The translations under genes were made by a program, and so were the position numbers. Of a stretch of DNA of 64,000 nucleotides, positions 52,311 to 61,033 are shown piece after piece (the first letter of the stretch is position 1; each line of letters begins with the position of its first letter). Source of the DNA: Chthonomonas sp. UBA2362 (GTDB taxonomy: Bacteria; Armatimonadota; Fimbriimonadia; Fimbriimonadales; Fimbriimonadaceae). The notes under the pieces are model-generated. The model had not been told where the DNA came from and did no database searches. It saw nothing but the letters and a program-made list of their open reading frames with translations. The stretch covers positions 88,566 through 152,565 of the forward strand of contig DDTO01000008.1 in assembly GCA_002344135.1 (NCBI GenBank), read 5' to 3'.

Positions 52311-54737
52311 TCACCCCTTGTCGAAGGCAAGACGAAGGACCTGTCCCGCATCGCGCACGAAGTGGACCTCGAGGTCTTTCCGGATGTCCTCGGGGATTTC
52401 TTCGAGGTAGTCCTTGCGATTGTCCTCGGGGAGGAGCACGATTCGCACTCCGGCCCGGTGGGCGGCGATCACCTTTTCCTTGATACCGCCGACGGGGAGG
52501 ACCTGGCCGCTCAGCGTCAGTTCGCCGGTCATCGCCAGCCGTGGCCTGATGGTCCGCCCCGTCAGGAGCGAGGCGAGGGCGGTCAACATCGTCACGCCCG
52601 CGCTCGGGCCGTCCTTCGGGACCGCTCCCGCGGGCACGTGGATGTGGAGTTCGGACTTCTCATAGAAGTCCTCGGGAATCCTCAGCTTCGCGGCATGGCT
52701 TCGGATGTAGCTGAGTGCCGCGGTTGCGCTCTCCTTCATGACGTCGCCGAGTTGGCCGGTAAGCGTGAGAGCCTTCGCGCCGGGCATCCTGGCCGATTCG
52801 ATAAAGACAACGTCTCCGCCGACCGGCGTCCAGACGAGACCGACCGCCAAACCGGGGATGAGTTCGCGCTCGGCGACCTCGTCGTGCAGGTATCGCGGCG
52901 CCCCGAGGGCGGCTTCGACGAACCTCGGCCCGACGATCAGCTTTTTCCTGCGCCCCTCGGCGAACTCCAGCGTCGCCTTTCGGATCACGGAGGCGATCTC
53001 TCGTTCCAGGTTCCGCACGCCGGCTTCGCGGGTGTAGTACGAGATCAGCGGGCGGATCGCATTGGGTTCGAACTTGATTTGCGCTGGTCGCAGGCCATGC
53101 TCCTCGATCTGCTTCGGGATGAGGTGCCGCATCGCGATCTCGGCCTTTTCCTGCTCGGTGTAGCCGCCGATCTCGATCACTTCCATTCGGTCGCGCAACG
53201 GGGGTGGGATCGTATCGAGGCGGTTTGCCGTGGTGATAAAGAACACGTGACTGAGGTCGAACGGCGCGTCGATATAGTGGTCTCGGAAGGCGAAATTCTG
53301 CTCCGGGTCGAGCACTTCGAGCAGAGCGGAGGAGGGGTCGCCGCGAAAGTCGTTTCCGAGCTTGTCGATCTCGTCGAGGACGAACACCGGATTCCGAGTC
53401 TCCGCGCGACGCAGACCTTGGATGATCTGTCCGGGGAGGGCCCCGATGTAGGTTCGGCGGTGCCCTCGAATCTCGGCTTCGTCGCGCATGCCGCCAAGAG
53501 AGATGCGGACAAATTTGCGGCCCATCGCGTGGGCGATCGATCGTCCGAGCGAGGTCTTGCCGACCCCCGGAGGTCCCGAAAGGCAGAGGATGGGCTGGCG
53601 AACCGGCCCCTGCTTCACTTTGCGGACGGCGAGGAACTCGATGATCCGTGATTTGACCTTTTCGAGACCGAAGTGGTCGGCGTCGAGCACTTTCCGGACT
53701 TCGACGAGATCGAGGTGGTCGTCGGTGGACTTGCTCCAAGGCAGGGCGACCATCGTCTCGAGGTAGGTTCTCGCGACCGTATATTCGGGCGAGCCGGGAT
53801 TGATGCGGCGAATCCGATCATACTCCCGGTTGGCTTCCTTCAAGGCCTCCTCGGGCATGTCCGCGTCGTCGATCTTCTGCCGAAACTCCTCGAGTTCTTC
53901 ACCACGATCCTCGGATTCGCCGAGTTCGCGCTGGATCGCCTTGAGCTGTTCGCGAAGGTAGTACTCGCGCTGGCTCTTGCTTAGCTCGGCGCTGACCTCG
54001 CTGTGGACCTTGCTGCTCAGTTCGAGGACGCGAACCTCTTTGCTCATCATTTCGAGGAGCAGCTTGAGGCGTTCGGGAAGGTCCACGGTTTCGAGGAGCC
54101 GCTGCTTTTCCTCAAGAGGAAGCTGCATGTGGGCGGCGACCAGGTCGGCCATGACGTTGGTTTCCTGGACGGCCTGGGTAAGGCTGCGCAGTTCGTCGGG
54201 GAGTTGTGGCGACAGACGGATCGCTTGGTCGAAGAGCGCGGCCACCGAGCGTCGCCACGCTTCGAGTTCCTCGGTTTCTTCGAAGATCGGCTCTTCGAGC
54301 ACCTCGACGCGGGCGCGGAGGTAAGGCTCGGTCTGCAGCCGCTCGACGATCTTGATTCGAGCGATGCCTTGGACGATGAGCCGAACGGCGTCCGGCATCT
54401 TGACGAGCGTTCTGATGATGACGGCGCAACCCACGTCGTAGACGTCCTCGAAGGTCGGCTGGTCGACGTGCGGGCGACGCTGGGCTATCACGCCGATGAC
54501 GCGGCTGTTGGCCGAGACGCTGTCGTCGATCAATTGGACGCTCGACTCGCGAGCGACGCTCAAGGGGGCGATAAGCATCGGATAGATCACCGAATCCCGG
54601 AGCGGCAGGATGTTAAGCTCGCTCGGGATATCGGGCCGGTGCTCTTCTTCGTCGGACTCCTCGACCTGCGGCTGGCCGATCTCGATTCCGTCGAGCTCCT
54701 CGGGTTCGTCACCGATGGGGGTTTTCAGGTCGGGCAT
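52311..54737 (-). CDS. lon: ATP-dependent Lon protease
   Basis: ATG 54737. LNILPLRDSVIYPMLIAPL (LON N-domain), GPPGVGKTS (Walker A), VFVLDEIDK, PKDGPSAGVTM (catalytic Ser). The 187-codon upstream extension in the ORF track overlaps hsp20 and I trimmed it. Confidence 0.95.
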   Translation of the reverse strand: MPDLKTPIGDEPEELDGIEIGQPQVEESDEEEHRPDIPSELNILPLRDSVIYPMLIAPLSVARESSVQLIDDSVSANSRVIGVIAQRRPHVDQPTFEDVYDVGCAVIIRTLVKMPDAVRLIVQGIARIKIVERLQTEPYLRARVEVLEEPIFEETEELEAWRRSVAALFDQAIRLSPQLPDELRSLTQAVQETNVMADLVAAHMQLPLEEKQRLLETVDLPERLKLLLEMMSKEVRVLELSSKVHSEVSAELSKSQREYYLREQLKAIQRELGESEDRGEELEEFRQKIDDADMPEEALKEANREYDRIRRINPGSPEYTVARTYLETMVALPWSKSTDDHLDLVEVRKVLDADHFGLEKVKSRIIEFLAVRKVKQGPVRQPILCLSGPPGVGKTSLGRSIAHAMGRKFVRISLGGMRDEAEIRGHRRTYIGALPGQIIQGLRRAETRNPVFVLDEIDKLGNDFRGDPSSALLEVLDPEQNFAFRDHYIDAPFDLSHVFFITTANRLDTIPPPLRDRMEVIEIGGYTEQEKAEIAMRHLIPKQIEEHGLRPAQIKFEPNAIRPLISYYTREAGVRNLEREIASVIRKATLEFAEGRRKKLIVGPRFVEAALGAPRYLHDEVAERELIPGLAVGLVWTPVGGDVVFIESARMPGAKALTLTGQLGDVMKESATAALSYIRSHAAKLRIPEDFYEKSELHIHVPAGAVPKDGPSAGVTMLTALASLLTGRTIRPRLAMTGELTLSGQVLPVGGIKEKVIAAHRAGVRIVLLPEDNRKDYLEEIPEDIRKDLEVHFVRDAGQVLRLAFDKG

Positions 54738-55201
54738 TAGAATTGAGTGATCGTAATGGTCTTTCTTACGGTAGGTTTGCCAATCGCGTCGTCGGCTCTC
54801 GGGATCAGCACCACGAGGATGCCGTTCCGGTAGGTGGCTTGGATTCTCCGCGGATCGATCGGGGCCTTCGGCAGCTGAATCTCTCGCTCGAATTCGCCGT
54901 AATGAATCTCCAAGAGCAAGTAGCCGCAATGCCCCTCCGAGGTCAGGCTCTCCTCGTTGCGGACACCGCGGATCGTGACGCTGTGCCGCTTCGCATGGTA
55001 CGCGATGCGGATTTCCTCTCCACGGACACCGGCAATCTCGGCTCGGATAACGAAAGCGTCGTCGGTCTCGGCCAGGTCGATCCGAGGTTCCCAAGCCGCT
55101 CGACGTGCCGGCTTGGGCGGACCCGTACCCACCTCTCCGCTCAGACGCTGCAGCTCGGCACCGATCTGCCAGAGCCATTCGTCGAGGTCGCGGCGAGCCA
55201 T
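54737..55201 (-). CDS. Hsp20/alpha-crystallin family small heat-shock protein
   Basis: RIDLAETDDAFVIRAEIAGVRGEEIRI...YGEFEREIQLP...ATYRNGILVVLIPR is the alpha-crystallin domain pattern. Its stop overlaps the lon ATG by 1 nt (TAATG). Confidence 0.9.
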   Translation of the reverse strand: MARRDLDEWLWQIGAELQRLSGEVGTGPPKPARRAAWEPRIDLAETDDAFVIRAEIAGVRGEEIRIAYHAKRHSVTIRGVRNEESLTSEGHCGYLLLEIHYGEFEREIQLPKAPIDPRRIQATYRNGILVVLIPRADDAIGKPTVRKTITITQF

Positions 55202-55298
55202 GTTTAGGATGATACTTGAGAAAATACGGGCGGTTCCGCCGCCCGGAATCCTGGAAGTTGTCGTAGACTACGGTTGTTGCTTTTGGAGGATTTGACAT

Positions 55299-56624
55299 AT
55301 GAGAATCGCAAAACTGAGCATAGCTGTGCTCGCCGTCGGGTTAGGGCCCTGGGCCACCGGGCAAAATGTTCACCCTGACTACGCTGGCTCTTATTCTTTG
55401 TTGAACCTTGGAAACGTCCCGAATGTGCCGTTCAACTATGGAGGACTTACCCTCAAGCGGGGAACGACCGACCGGCTCCTGATCGGTGGGGCCGCGAACC
55501 AGATCGGAGGTGGAATGTATGAAATCGGAGTCACCCGCGACGGCCAGGGTCACATCAACGGCTTCGTGGGAACCGCGACGTACGTAGCGAACCTTGAATA
55601 CAACGATGGTGGGCTCACTTACCACAACGGAAGCGGTGTGCTCTTCGCCTCGCGATGGCCCGTCAATGCCTTGGGCCAGTACAAACCCGGCAGTTTCAAT
55701 CCCGACAAGATCATCGATCTCGCAGGCCTGAACGTCGCTCAGTCACACGCCGCCCTGCAGTTCGTGCCTTCCAACTTCCCGGCCGCGGCGGGACGCCTGA
55801 AGCTCAGCTCCTGGGCGGGCGGTGAGTTTTATGACTGCGCACTCATCCCGGACGGCCTCGGCACCTTCGACATCACCGTCCCTCAGCTACGAACGACTCT
55901 CGGGGGTGGGCCGGAGGGAATCATCTATGTGCCGCCAGGATCGCCCCTCTTCGGCTCGAGGGACATGCTGGTCTCAGAGTACAGCGCCGGTATGGTCGCG
56001 CACTACGAATGCGACGCGAACGGCGACCCGGACGTTCTCTCCCGCCGGACCTTCGTGGAGGGGCTTTTTGGCGCTGAAGGCGCGTTCGTCGACCCGTTGA
56101 CCGGCGACTTTCTCTTCTCGACCTTCGGCTCGGGCAACGAAGTCTTCGTGGTTCGTGGGTTCGCTTCTCAGCGGCTGATATCGGGCGACGTCGACCTGCA
56201 GGATTTCTTCGGCGACCCGCAGAGCATTCAGGCCACTTTGGAAATTCGTAACGTCGGCAGCACGACGCCGATCGAATCTCATACCATCGCCCTCTTCGCT
56301 TCCTCGGGCTACAGCGTGGTTACTTCGGTCAGCCCCGGCACTTACGACATAGCGATCAAGCCTAACCACTGGCTGCGTCACAAGCGAGGATCGATCGCTG
56401 TCGGCACAACAGGAGCGACGGTGGACTTTTCGGTGGCGAACGGAGACGTCGACGAGGACAACGAAATCACGATCGGCGACTATGCCCAACTCTCGGCGGC
56501 CTTCGGCTCGGTGCCCGGCGACGGCAACTGGAATGCACTGGCCGACCTCGAAGGCGACCTCGAAGTGACGATCGGAGACTATGCGATCCTGTCGCAGAAC
56601 TTCGGCATGCTCGGCGACGACTAA
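55299..56624 (+). CDS. secreted protein of unknown function with dockerin-type C-terminal cassette
   Basis: GGAGG-N9-ATG. Signal peptide MRIAKLSIAVLAVGLGPWATG. C-terminus DLQDFFG...IKPNHWL...NGDVDEDNEITIGDYAQLSAAFG...DLEGDLEVTIGDYAILSQNFGMLGDD-stop. Confidence 0.75.
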   Translation: MRIAKLSIAVLAVGLGPWATGQNVHPDYAGSYSLLNLGNVPNVPFNYGGLTLKRGTTDRLLIGGAANQIGGGMYEIGVTRDGQGHINGFVGTATYVANLEYNDGGLTYHNGSGVLFASRWPVNALGQYKPGSFNPDKIIDLAGLNVAQSHAALQFVPSNFPAAAGRLKLSSWAGGEFYDCALIPDGLGTFDITVPQLRTTLGGGPEGIIYVPPGSPLFGSRDMLVSEYSAGMVAHYECDANGDPDVLSRRTFVEGLFGAEGAFVDPLTGDFLFSTFGSGNEVFVVRGFASQRLISGDVDLQDFFGDPQSIQATLEIRNVGSTTPIESHTIALFASSGYSVVTSVSPGTYDIAIKPNHWLRHKRGSIAVGTTGATVDFSVANGDVDEDNEITIGDYAQLSAAFGSVPGDGNWNALADLEGDLEVTIGDYAILSQNFGMLGDD

Positions 56625-56626
56625 TA

Positions 56627-57157
56627 GTGCGGCTCTTTGCCGCCATCGAGCTCCCCGCTCATGTTCGCAAGGCCGTTCTGGATCTACAGAGCGGCCTTCG
56701 GAGCGGAGTCGCGGGGGTGCGCTGGGTTCAGCCGGAGAATCTGCACCTGACGCTGGTCTTCTTCGGCGAAGTGAGCGACCCGGAGCGGCTCTCCAGGTGT
56801 ATCGGCGCGGCCGCCTACACGGGTTTGGATTCGTTGATCCTGGAAGACGTCCGCGGCTATCCCGAACGGCGTCCGCGCGTGATCGTTATCGATGTCGCGG
56901 ACGATGGTGGGGTGCTGGCTCGATTGGTGGCCGAAGTGAAGCGGCGCACGGTCGATTGGCCGTCCGACGAAAGACCCTTCCGTGCCCACGTCACGCTCGG
57001 CCGGGTGAAGAATCCGGGGGCCGTAGGACATGACGATCTGCGGAGTTCTCGACCGGCGGGAATCGAGTGGAAGCCCGAGGAGTTCGTCCTTTTCGAAAGC
57101 AGGCTGACGAACTCCGGCTCCGTCTACCGCCCTATCGAGCGCTATCCTCTGATCTGA
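56627..57157 (+). CDS. thpR: RNA 2',3'-cyclic phosphodiesterase (2H phosphoesterase, ThpR/LigT)
   Basis: MRLFAAIELP, the first H-x-T motif ENLHLTLVFFG, the second FRAHVTLGRV. 176 aa with GTG start. Confidence 0.8.
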   Translation: MRLFAAIELPAHVRKAVLDLQSGLRSGVAGVRWVQPENLHLTLVFFGEVSDPERLSRCIGAAAYTGLDSLILEDVRGYPERRPRVIVIDVADDGGVLARLVAEVKRRTVDWPSDERPFRAHVTLGRVKNPGAVGHDDLRSSRPAGIEWKPEEFVLFESRLTNSGSVYRPIERYPLI

Positions 57158-57572
57158 AGACGAGCATGGCCGCATCGCGATTGCGATAGACCATGCCCGC
57201 CACCCGTGACATGCCGAAGCGCTCATAGAACGGACACAGACTCGGGTCACAGAGCAGATCGATGCCGTAGAAGTCGCGGTACGTATGCATCATTTTTCTA
57301 ACGAGTGTCGATCCGATCCGGAGCCCGTGGTGAGATGCGCGAACCTCCAGCAAGGGAACGAACGCCATCAGACATCCATCCGAAATTGCGTTGATGAAGC
57401 CCACGACGGCCAGCCGGTCGCGAGCAAGCCACACCCGGTCGCTTCCCTGAAGCACCTTCAGGAGTCCTGCGCCAGAAAGTGGCTTCCGCCAGCCGGCGCA
57501 CAGGCCTTCTAGGTCATCGGGCCGGATCTGAGCCAAATCGTCGATGTACTCGATATCCGCCATGCCATCCAT
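57132..57572 (-). CDS. GNAT family N-acetyltransferase
   Basis: AGGTGGA-ATG at 57572. VVGFINAISDG...LLEVRASHHGLRIGSTLVRKMM...FYERFGM. The 408-aa ORF in the track is an upstream shadow extension. Confidence 0.7.
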   Translation of the reverse strand: MDGMADIEYIDDLAQIRPDDLEGLCAGWRKPLSGAGLLKVLQGSDRVWLARDRLAVVGFINAISDGCLMAFVPLLEVRASHHGLRIGSTLVRKMMHTYRDFYGIDLLCDPSLCPFYERFGMSRVAGMVYRNRDAAMLVFRSEDSAR

Positions 57573-57632
57573 TCCACCTGTTTTTGAGACGGCGCTGTGG
57601 GTAGCGGCGGATTCGACCGATGATCTCAAGGA

Positions 57633-58091
57633 ATGATCGGCGCCCTCGGTTATCTGATCGCGTGTCTCTTCGTCGCCTGCGTGCTGACGATGCTCTACGC
57701 GCTGACGCGTCCCATAAACGCCCGTGGGGAAATGAAGTCCTGGCGCGTCATGCTGGGCTTCTTCACCGCAGTCGTGATCCTGCCTTACGTGTGGGGAGAA
57801 GTCCTGACCAAGCTGTATGGACAGAACATGAAGGAGCCGGTCGCGGGCGTGCTGGCCGACCTCGATGTGAACGGTGGCCTCCGATACTACCGTGTCATTC
57901 GATATGGAAAGGACACCGCGCGGGTTATCGCGGTCGGTGAGGACCGCGAGAACTGGGGAGGGACCGAGCAGCCGGTCATCGCGATCACCCTCAAGAAGGC
58001 CAAGGACGGCGAATGGGCGGCTGACTCGTACACGGTCGTGAGCTCGCTCAAGCGCAACGCCGACAGCATGACCTTCCCGCCTTACTGGTAG
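57633..58091 (+). CDS. hypothetical membrane protein
   Basis: 152 aa. Two N-terminal TM helices (LGYLIACLFVACVLTMLYAL, VMLGFFTAVVILPYVW). Confidence 0.5.
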   Translation: MIGALGYLIACLFVACVLTMLYALTRPINARGEMKSWRVMLGFFTAVVILPYVWGEVLTKLYGQNMKEPVAGVLADLDVNGGLRYYRVIRYGKDTARVIAVGEDRENWGGTEQPVIAITLKKAKDGEWAADSYTVVSSLKRNADSMTFPPYW

Positions 58092-58726
58092 GTCGGCTCG
58101 CCGCCGAATACTCGTGCAAAGCCCCGTACGACAGGAGCGATGGCTTCGTCCGGTTCGACCTCTCGCCCAAGTTCCTGTGAAAGGCTCGTCACCCCGTACT
58201 CGCGGATGCCGCAAGGCACGATGAGCTCGAAGTCGGAGAGATCGGAGGCACAGTTGAGGGCGATGCCGTGGAGGTTCACCCAGCGACGGACCTTCACTCC
58301 GATTGCGGCGACTTTTCGGTCCCCGACCCAGACTCCCGTATGGGGGGGGAAGCGACACCCGTTCAGCCCGAAATCGGCGAGGGCGATTATGATCGTCTCC
58401 TCGAGATCCCGCATCCAGCGATGCAGGTCTTTGCCGTGCCGTTCGATATCGAAGATGGGATAGATGACGAGCTGGCCGGGTCCGTGATAGGTCACGTCGC
58501 CGCCTCGATCGGTCTGGACGACCTGCACTCCGATCCCTTCGATGGATTCGACCGGGAGCAGGAGGTTTTCCGGATGGAAGTTGGCTCCCAGGGTTAAGAC
58601 CCTCGGATGGCGAACGAGCAGCAGGGTATCGGGGTCGCCTTCGAGGACGGCTTCGGCGGTCTCGCGCTGGACTTGCCAGGCTCGCTCATACTCTTGGAGC
58701 CCGAGATCGACGACGCGGAAGGTCAT
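58082..58726 (-). CDS. lipB: lipoyl(octanoyl) transferase
   Basis: LLLVRHPRVLTLG, DRGGDVTYHGPGQLVIYP, KVAAIGVKVRRWVNLHGIALN. Confidence 0.9.
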   Translation of the reverse strand: MTFRVVDLGLQEYERAWQVQRETAEAVLEGDPDTLLLVRHPRVLTLGANFHPENLLLPVESIEGIGVQVVQTDRGGDVTYHGPGQLVIYPIFDIERHGKDLHRWMRDLEETIIIALADFGLNGCRFPPHTGVWVGDRKVAAIGVKVRRWVNLHGIALNCASDLSDFELIVPCGIREYGVTSLSQELGREVEPDEAIAPVVRGFARVFGGEPTYQ

Positions 58727-60468
58727 GGCCCGAGCGTCGGATTCAGCGACATGAAGACCTTGAAACCGTCGACGGTGTCCTTGAGTTCGGCGAGGGCCTC
58801 ACCCTCGAGATGGCTCGATACCGGGTCGGTGACGAGGATGCCGCCGACTTGCGAGTGCGACTCGACGTGAGCCGCGATATCGATGACTTCCGTGAACTCC
58901 ACTTTCTCCAGTTCGCCCGCGATGGTGCCGCAATGCAGCCCGATGCGGAGCCGGAAGGGGGACTTCAGCCGGCTGACCTTGACGTTGAAGTCCCCGACCT
59001 CGGTTTGGATCGTCCGCGCGGCCGCGAACGCGCGAGTGCAGTCATCGAAGTAAGCGACCGCGCCGTCGCCGGCCGTCGAGTGGATGCGCCCTCCGAACCG
59101 GGTGGCGATATCCTCGATGAACTTCTGGTAGGCGCGGAAGGTCCACTCCGCTTCGAGGGGATCGGCTTCGGCCTTCATCATGGAGCTTTTCGCGGCATCG
59201 ACGACCATCACGCAGACCATGGCGGTGCTTGGAGTGAGGCGTCGCTGGATCTCGATCATTTCGGCGAGGAGTGCAGCCGGGTCGTCCCGGTTGAGGCGAG
59301 CCTCCAGGGCGGCTCGTTCCTCGATCAGAGCGCCGAGGCCAGCAACGAGGCCGAGCACGAGGCTGTAGGCCAGGGCCGTGATCCACCCTTCCGGCCAGTT
59401 CGCCACGACCCACTTCATACCGAAAGCCCCCAATGGTATGAAGGTGGCCGGCACGGAGACTGCGGTGAACACCAAGCTCACCGCGACCGCCCGCCACGGC
59501 CTGCCGGCAAGAAAGCAGAGCGCAATCTGCACGACCGCGGTGATGAGCCCGATGACGAGTCCGCCGAAACCGTAAACGAGGGAATTGCTGGACGTCTCGC
59601 CGAGCAATGCCTGGACGCCCCCGATGCCGAGCACCTGGAGCAACGAGATGGCCAGCCCGGCGACCAACGCATACGGGAACGGATTCTCCCGAACCCGCTT
59701 GGCCCACCTTCTTTCGAAGATCGAGCCGGTCCGGGTCGGGCTCGCCGGTCCCGAGCGAAGGCGTTCTTCGATTTGGAACAGTCGCTCCAGCAATTGCTGG
59801 CGCGTAAGCCGTTCCTTGACGAGGTCGGCCCGCCGAACCTGAACGTAGCCGCCGATGATCGAGCATGCGACCCCGATTCCGGCATAGATCAGCGACAGCA
59901 CGAAGAAGGCCATCACCATTGCGCTGACCAGCAAGGGCAATCCCAGCTCCTCCGGTCGGTCCCTCGACAGCACCAGCTGGAGGATGACGATGGGGGTCGT
60001 CATCAGCCACAACAGGAGGCCGCCGTAGAGCGCGTTGCGGGCCCGAGCGTGGCGGTAGTAGGTCGCCATCTGGAGCACGACGACCACGAGGATTAGGAGA
60101 CCTTGGGCAACCTCGATCTCTACGCCGCGTCCGCCGGTGCCCGAGGAGAGGCTTCCGATCAGGGCGATGGCAAGGATCATCAGCGCGGTGCTGAGGCCGA
60201 TAAAGAGCAGGGGTCGCCCGGTGAGCCGGTCGAACAGCCCGAGGATGCCACGGGCGAACCGTGTTGCTCCACCCTTCGTCTTCGTCGCCGTCGCCGAGTT
60301 GCTGGGGCGCTTGGTCTTGGCGCCTTGAAGGACCTCGCGCACGACTTCCTCTGGCAAGCCCGTGCAGGCGGCCAGTTCGTCTGGCTTCATATTGAGGGCC
60401 TGGGGGTTTTGCCGGAGGAAAGTCGCCATCTCGCGATAGGCTTCCCTCGACGCTTCGGCAGTGTTCAT
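58723..60468 (-). CDS. membrane-anchored class III adenylate/guanylate cyclase
   Basis: ATG 60468. A multi-TM core of about 8 helices. C-terminal cyclase domain VCVMVVDAAKSSMM...GGRIHSTAGDGAVAYF...RLRIGLHCGTIAG. 4-nt overlap with lipB. Confidence 0.8.
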   Translation of the reverse strand: MNTAEASREAYREMATFLRQNPQALNMKPDELAACTGLPEEVVREVLQGAKTKRPSNSATATKTKGGATRFARGILGLFDRLTGRPLLFIGLSTALMILAIALIGSLSSGTGGRGVEIEVAQGLLILVVVVLQMATYYRHARARNALYGGLLLWLMTTPIVILQLVLSRDRPEELGLPLLVSAMVMAFFVLSLIYAGIGVACSIIGGYVQVRRADLVKERLTRQQLLERLFQIEERLRSGPASPTRTGSIFERRWAKRVRENPFPYALVAGLAISLLQVLGIGGVQALLGETSSNSLVYGFGGLVIGLITAVVQIALCFLAGRPWRAVAVSLVFTAVSVPATFIPLGAFGMKWVVANWPEGWITALAYSLVLGLVAGLGALIEERAALEARLNRDDPAALLAEMIEIQRRLTPSTAMVCVMVVDAAKSSMMKAEADPLEAEWTFRAYQKFIEDIATRFGGRIHSTAGDGAVAYFDDCTRAFAAARTIQTEVGDFNVKVSRLKSPFRLRIGLHCGTIAGELEKVEFTEVIDIAAHVESHSQVGGILVTDPVSSHLEGEALAELKDTVDGFKVFMSLNPTLGP

Positions 60469-60567
60469 GGGCGCGGGTCGTTCCTCGTATTGTACCGATC
60501 GTGCTCCCACGGAGGTTTCATCCGCGCCGGTTTGATTAAGAATATCTAATTTATCTGCAACCAGGAG

Positions 60568-60611
60568 TTGAAAACTTGAGTACTATGGCAGAGAAACTTC
60601 AAGTTTTTCAA
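60568..60611. promoter_or_regulatory. inverted repeat overlapping the RBS of the DUF2089 gene (candidate operator or RBS-sequestering hairpin)
   Basis: TTGAAAACTTGA (60568-60579) and TCAAGTTTTTCAA (60599-60611) are complementary apart from one extra T. The right arm runs into AAGGAA, 5 nt before ATG 60620. Confidence 0.35.
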
Positions 60612-60619
60612 GGAATAGC

Positions 60620-61033
60620 ATGTCGAAAACCAAAGCCCACACGATCCCGACGAAAGACCCCGTGTCGGGGGGCGACTTCTACGTCAGCGAACTGAAATGC
60701 GACGATAGCGGCGTCACCCTCCGCGGACGATTCGATATCCCCCGCTTCGCTACTCTCGATGCGGAGCAGACCCTTTTCCTCGAGACCTTCCTGCGATGCC
60801 GTGGCATGATTAGCAGCGTCGAGAAAGAACTCGGCATCAGCTACCCGACCGTCCGCAGTCGGCTGGATGCGCTGCTCGAGGCGCTCGAACTCGCGCCGGT
60901 TAAGGAGAAGGAGGAGAAGAAGAAGGACCGAGACAAGGCCCTCGACAAGAAGCGGGCCATCCTCGATCAACTCGAGCGCGGTGAGATCAGCGCCGAGGAG
61001 GCCAAGGCCAAATTGAAGGGAAGCAACGCATGA
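60620..61033 (+). CDS. DUF2089-family putative HTH regulator (zinc-ribbon cysteines lost)
   Basis: FYVSELKCDDSGVTLRGRFDIPRFATLDAEQTLFLETFLRCRGMISSVEKELGISYPTVRSRLDALL matches the DUF2089 layout. The usual CxxC...CxxC is replaced by DPVSGG...KCDDSG. Confidence 0.7.
   Translation: MSKTKAHTIPTKDPVSGGDFYVSELKCDDSGVTLRGRFDIPRFATLDAEQTLFLETFLRCRGMISSVEKELGISYPTVRSRLDALLEALELAPVKEKEEKKKDRDKALDKKRAILDQLERGEISAEEAKAKLKGSNA

Noticed and set aside
54738-55298. N-terminal 187-codon extension of Lon (ORF track 52311..55298); likewise extensions of GH57 (to 19428), nuoG (to 5293), GH38 (from 27925), the GNAT gene (to 58358), DUF4397 (from 10660) and ypfJ (from 33078)
   Set aside because: The extensions overlap neighbouring genes or repeat elements, are Arg/Pro-rich, and precede internal starts. 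Those internal starts have an SD and/or begin exactly at the family-typical N-terminus or signal peptide.
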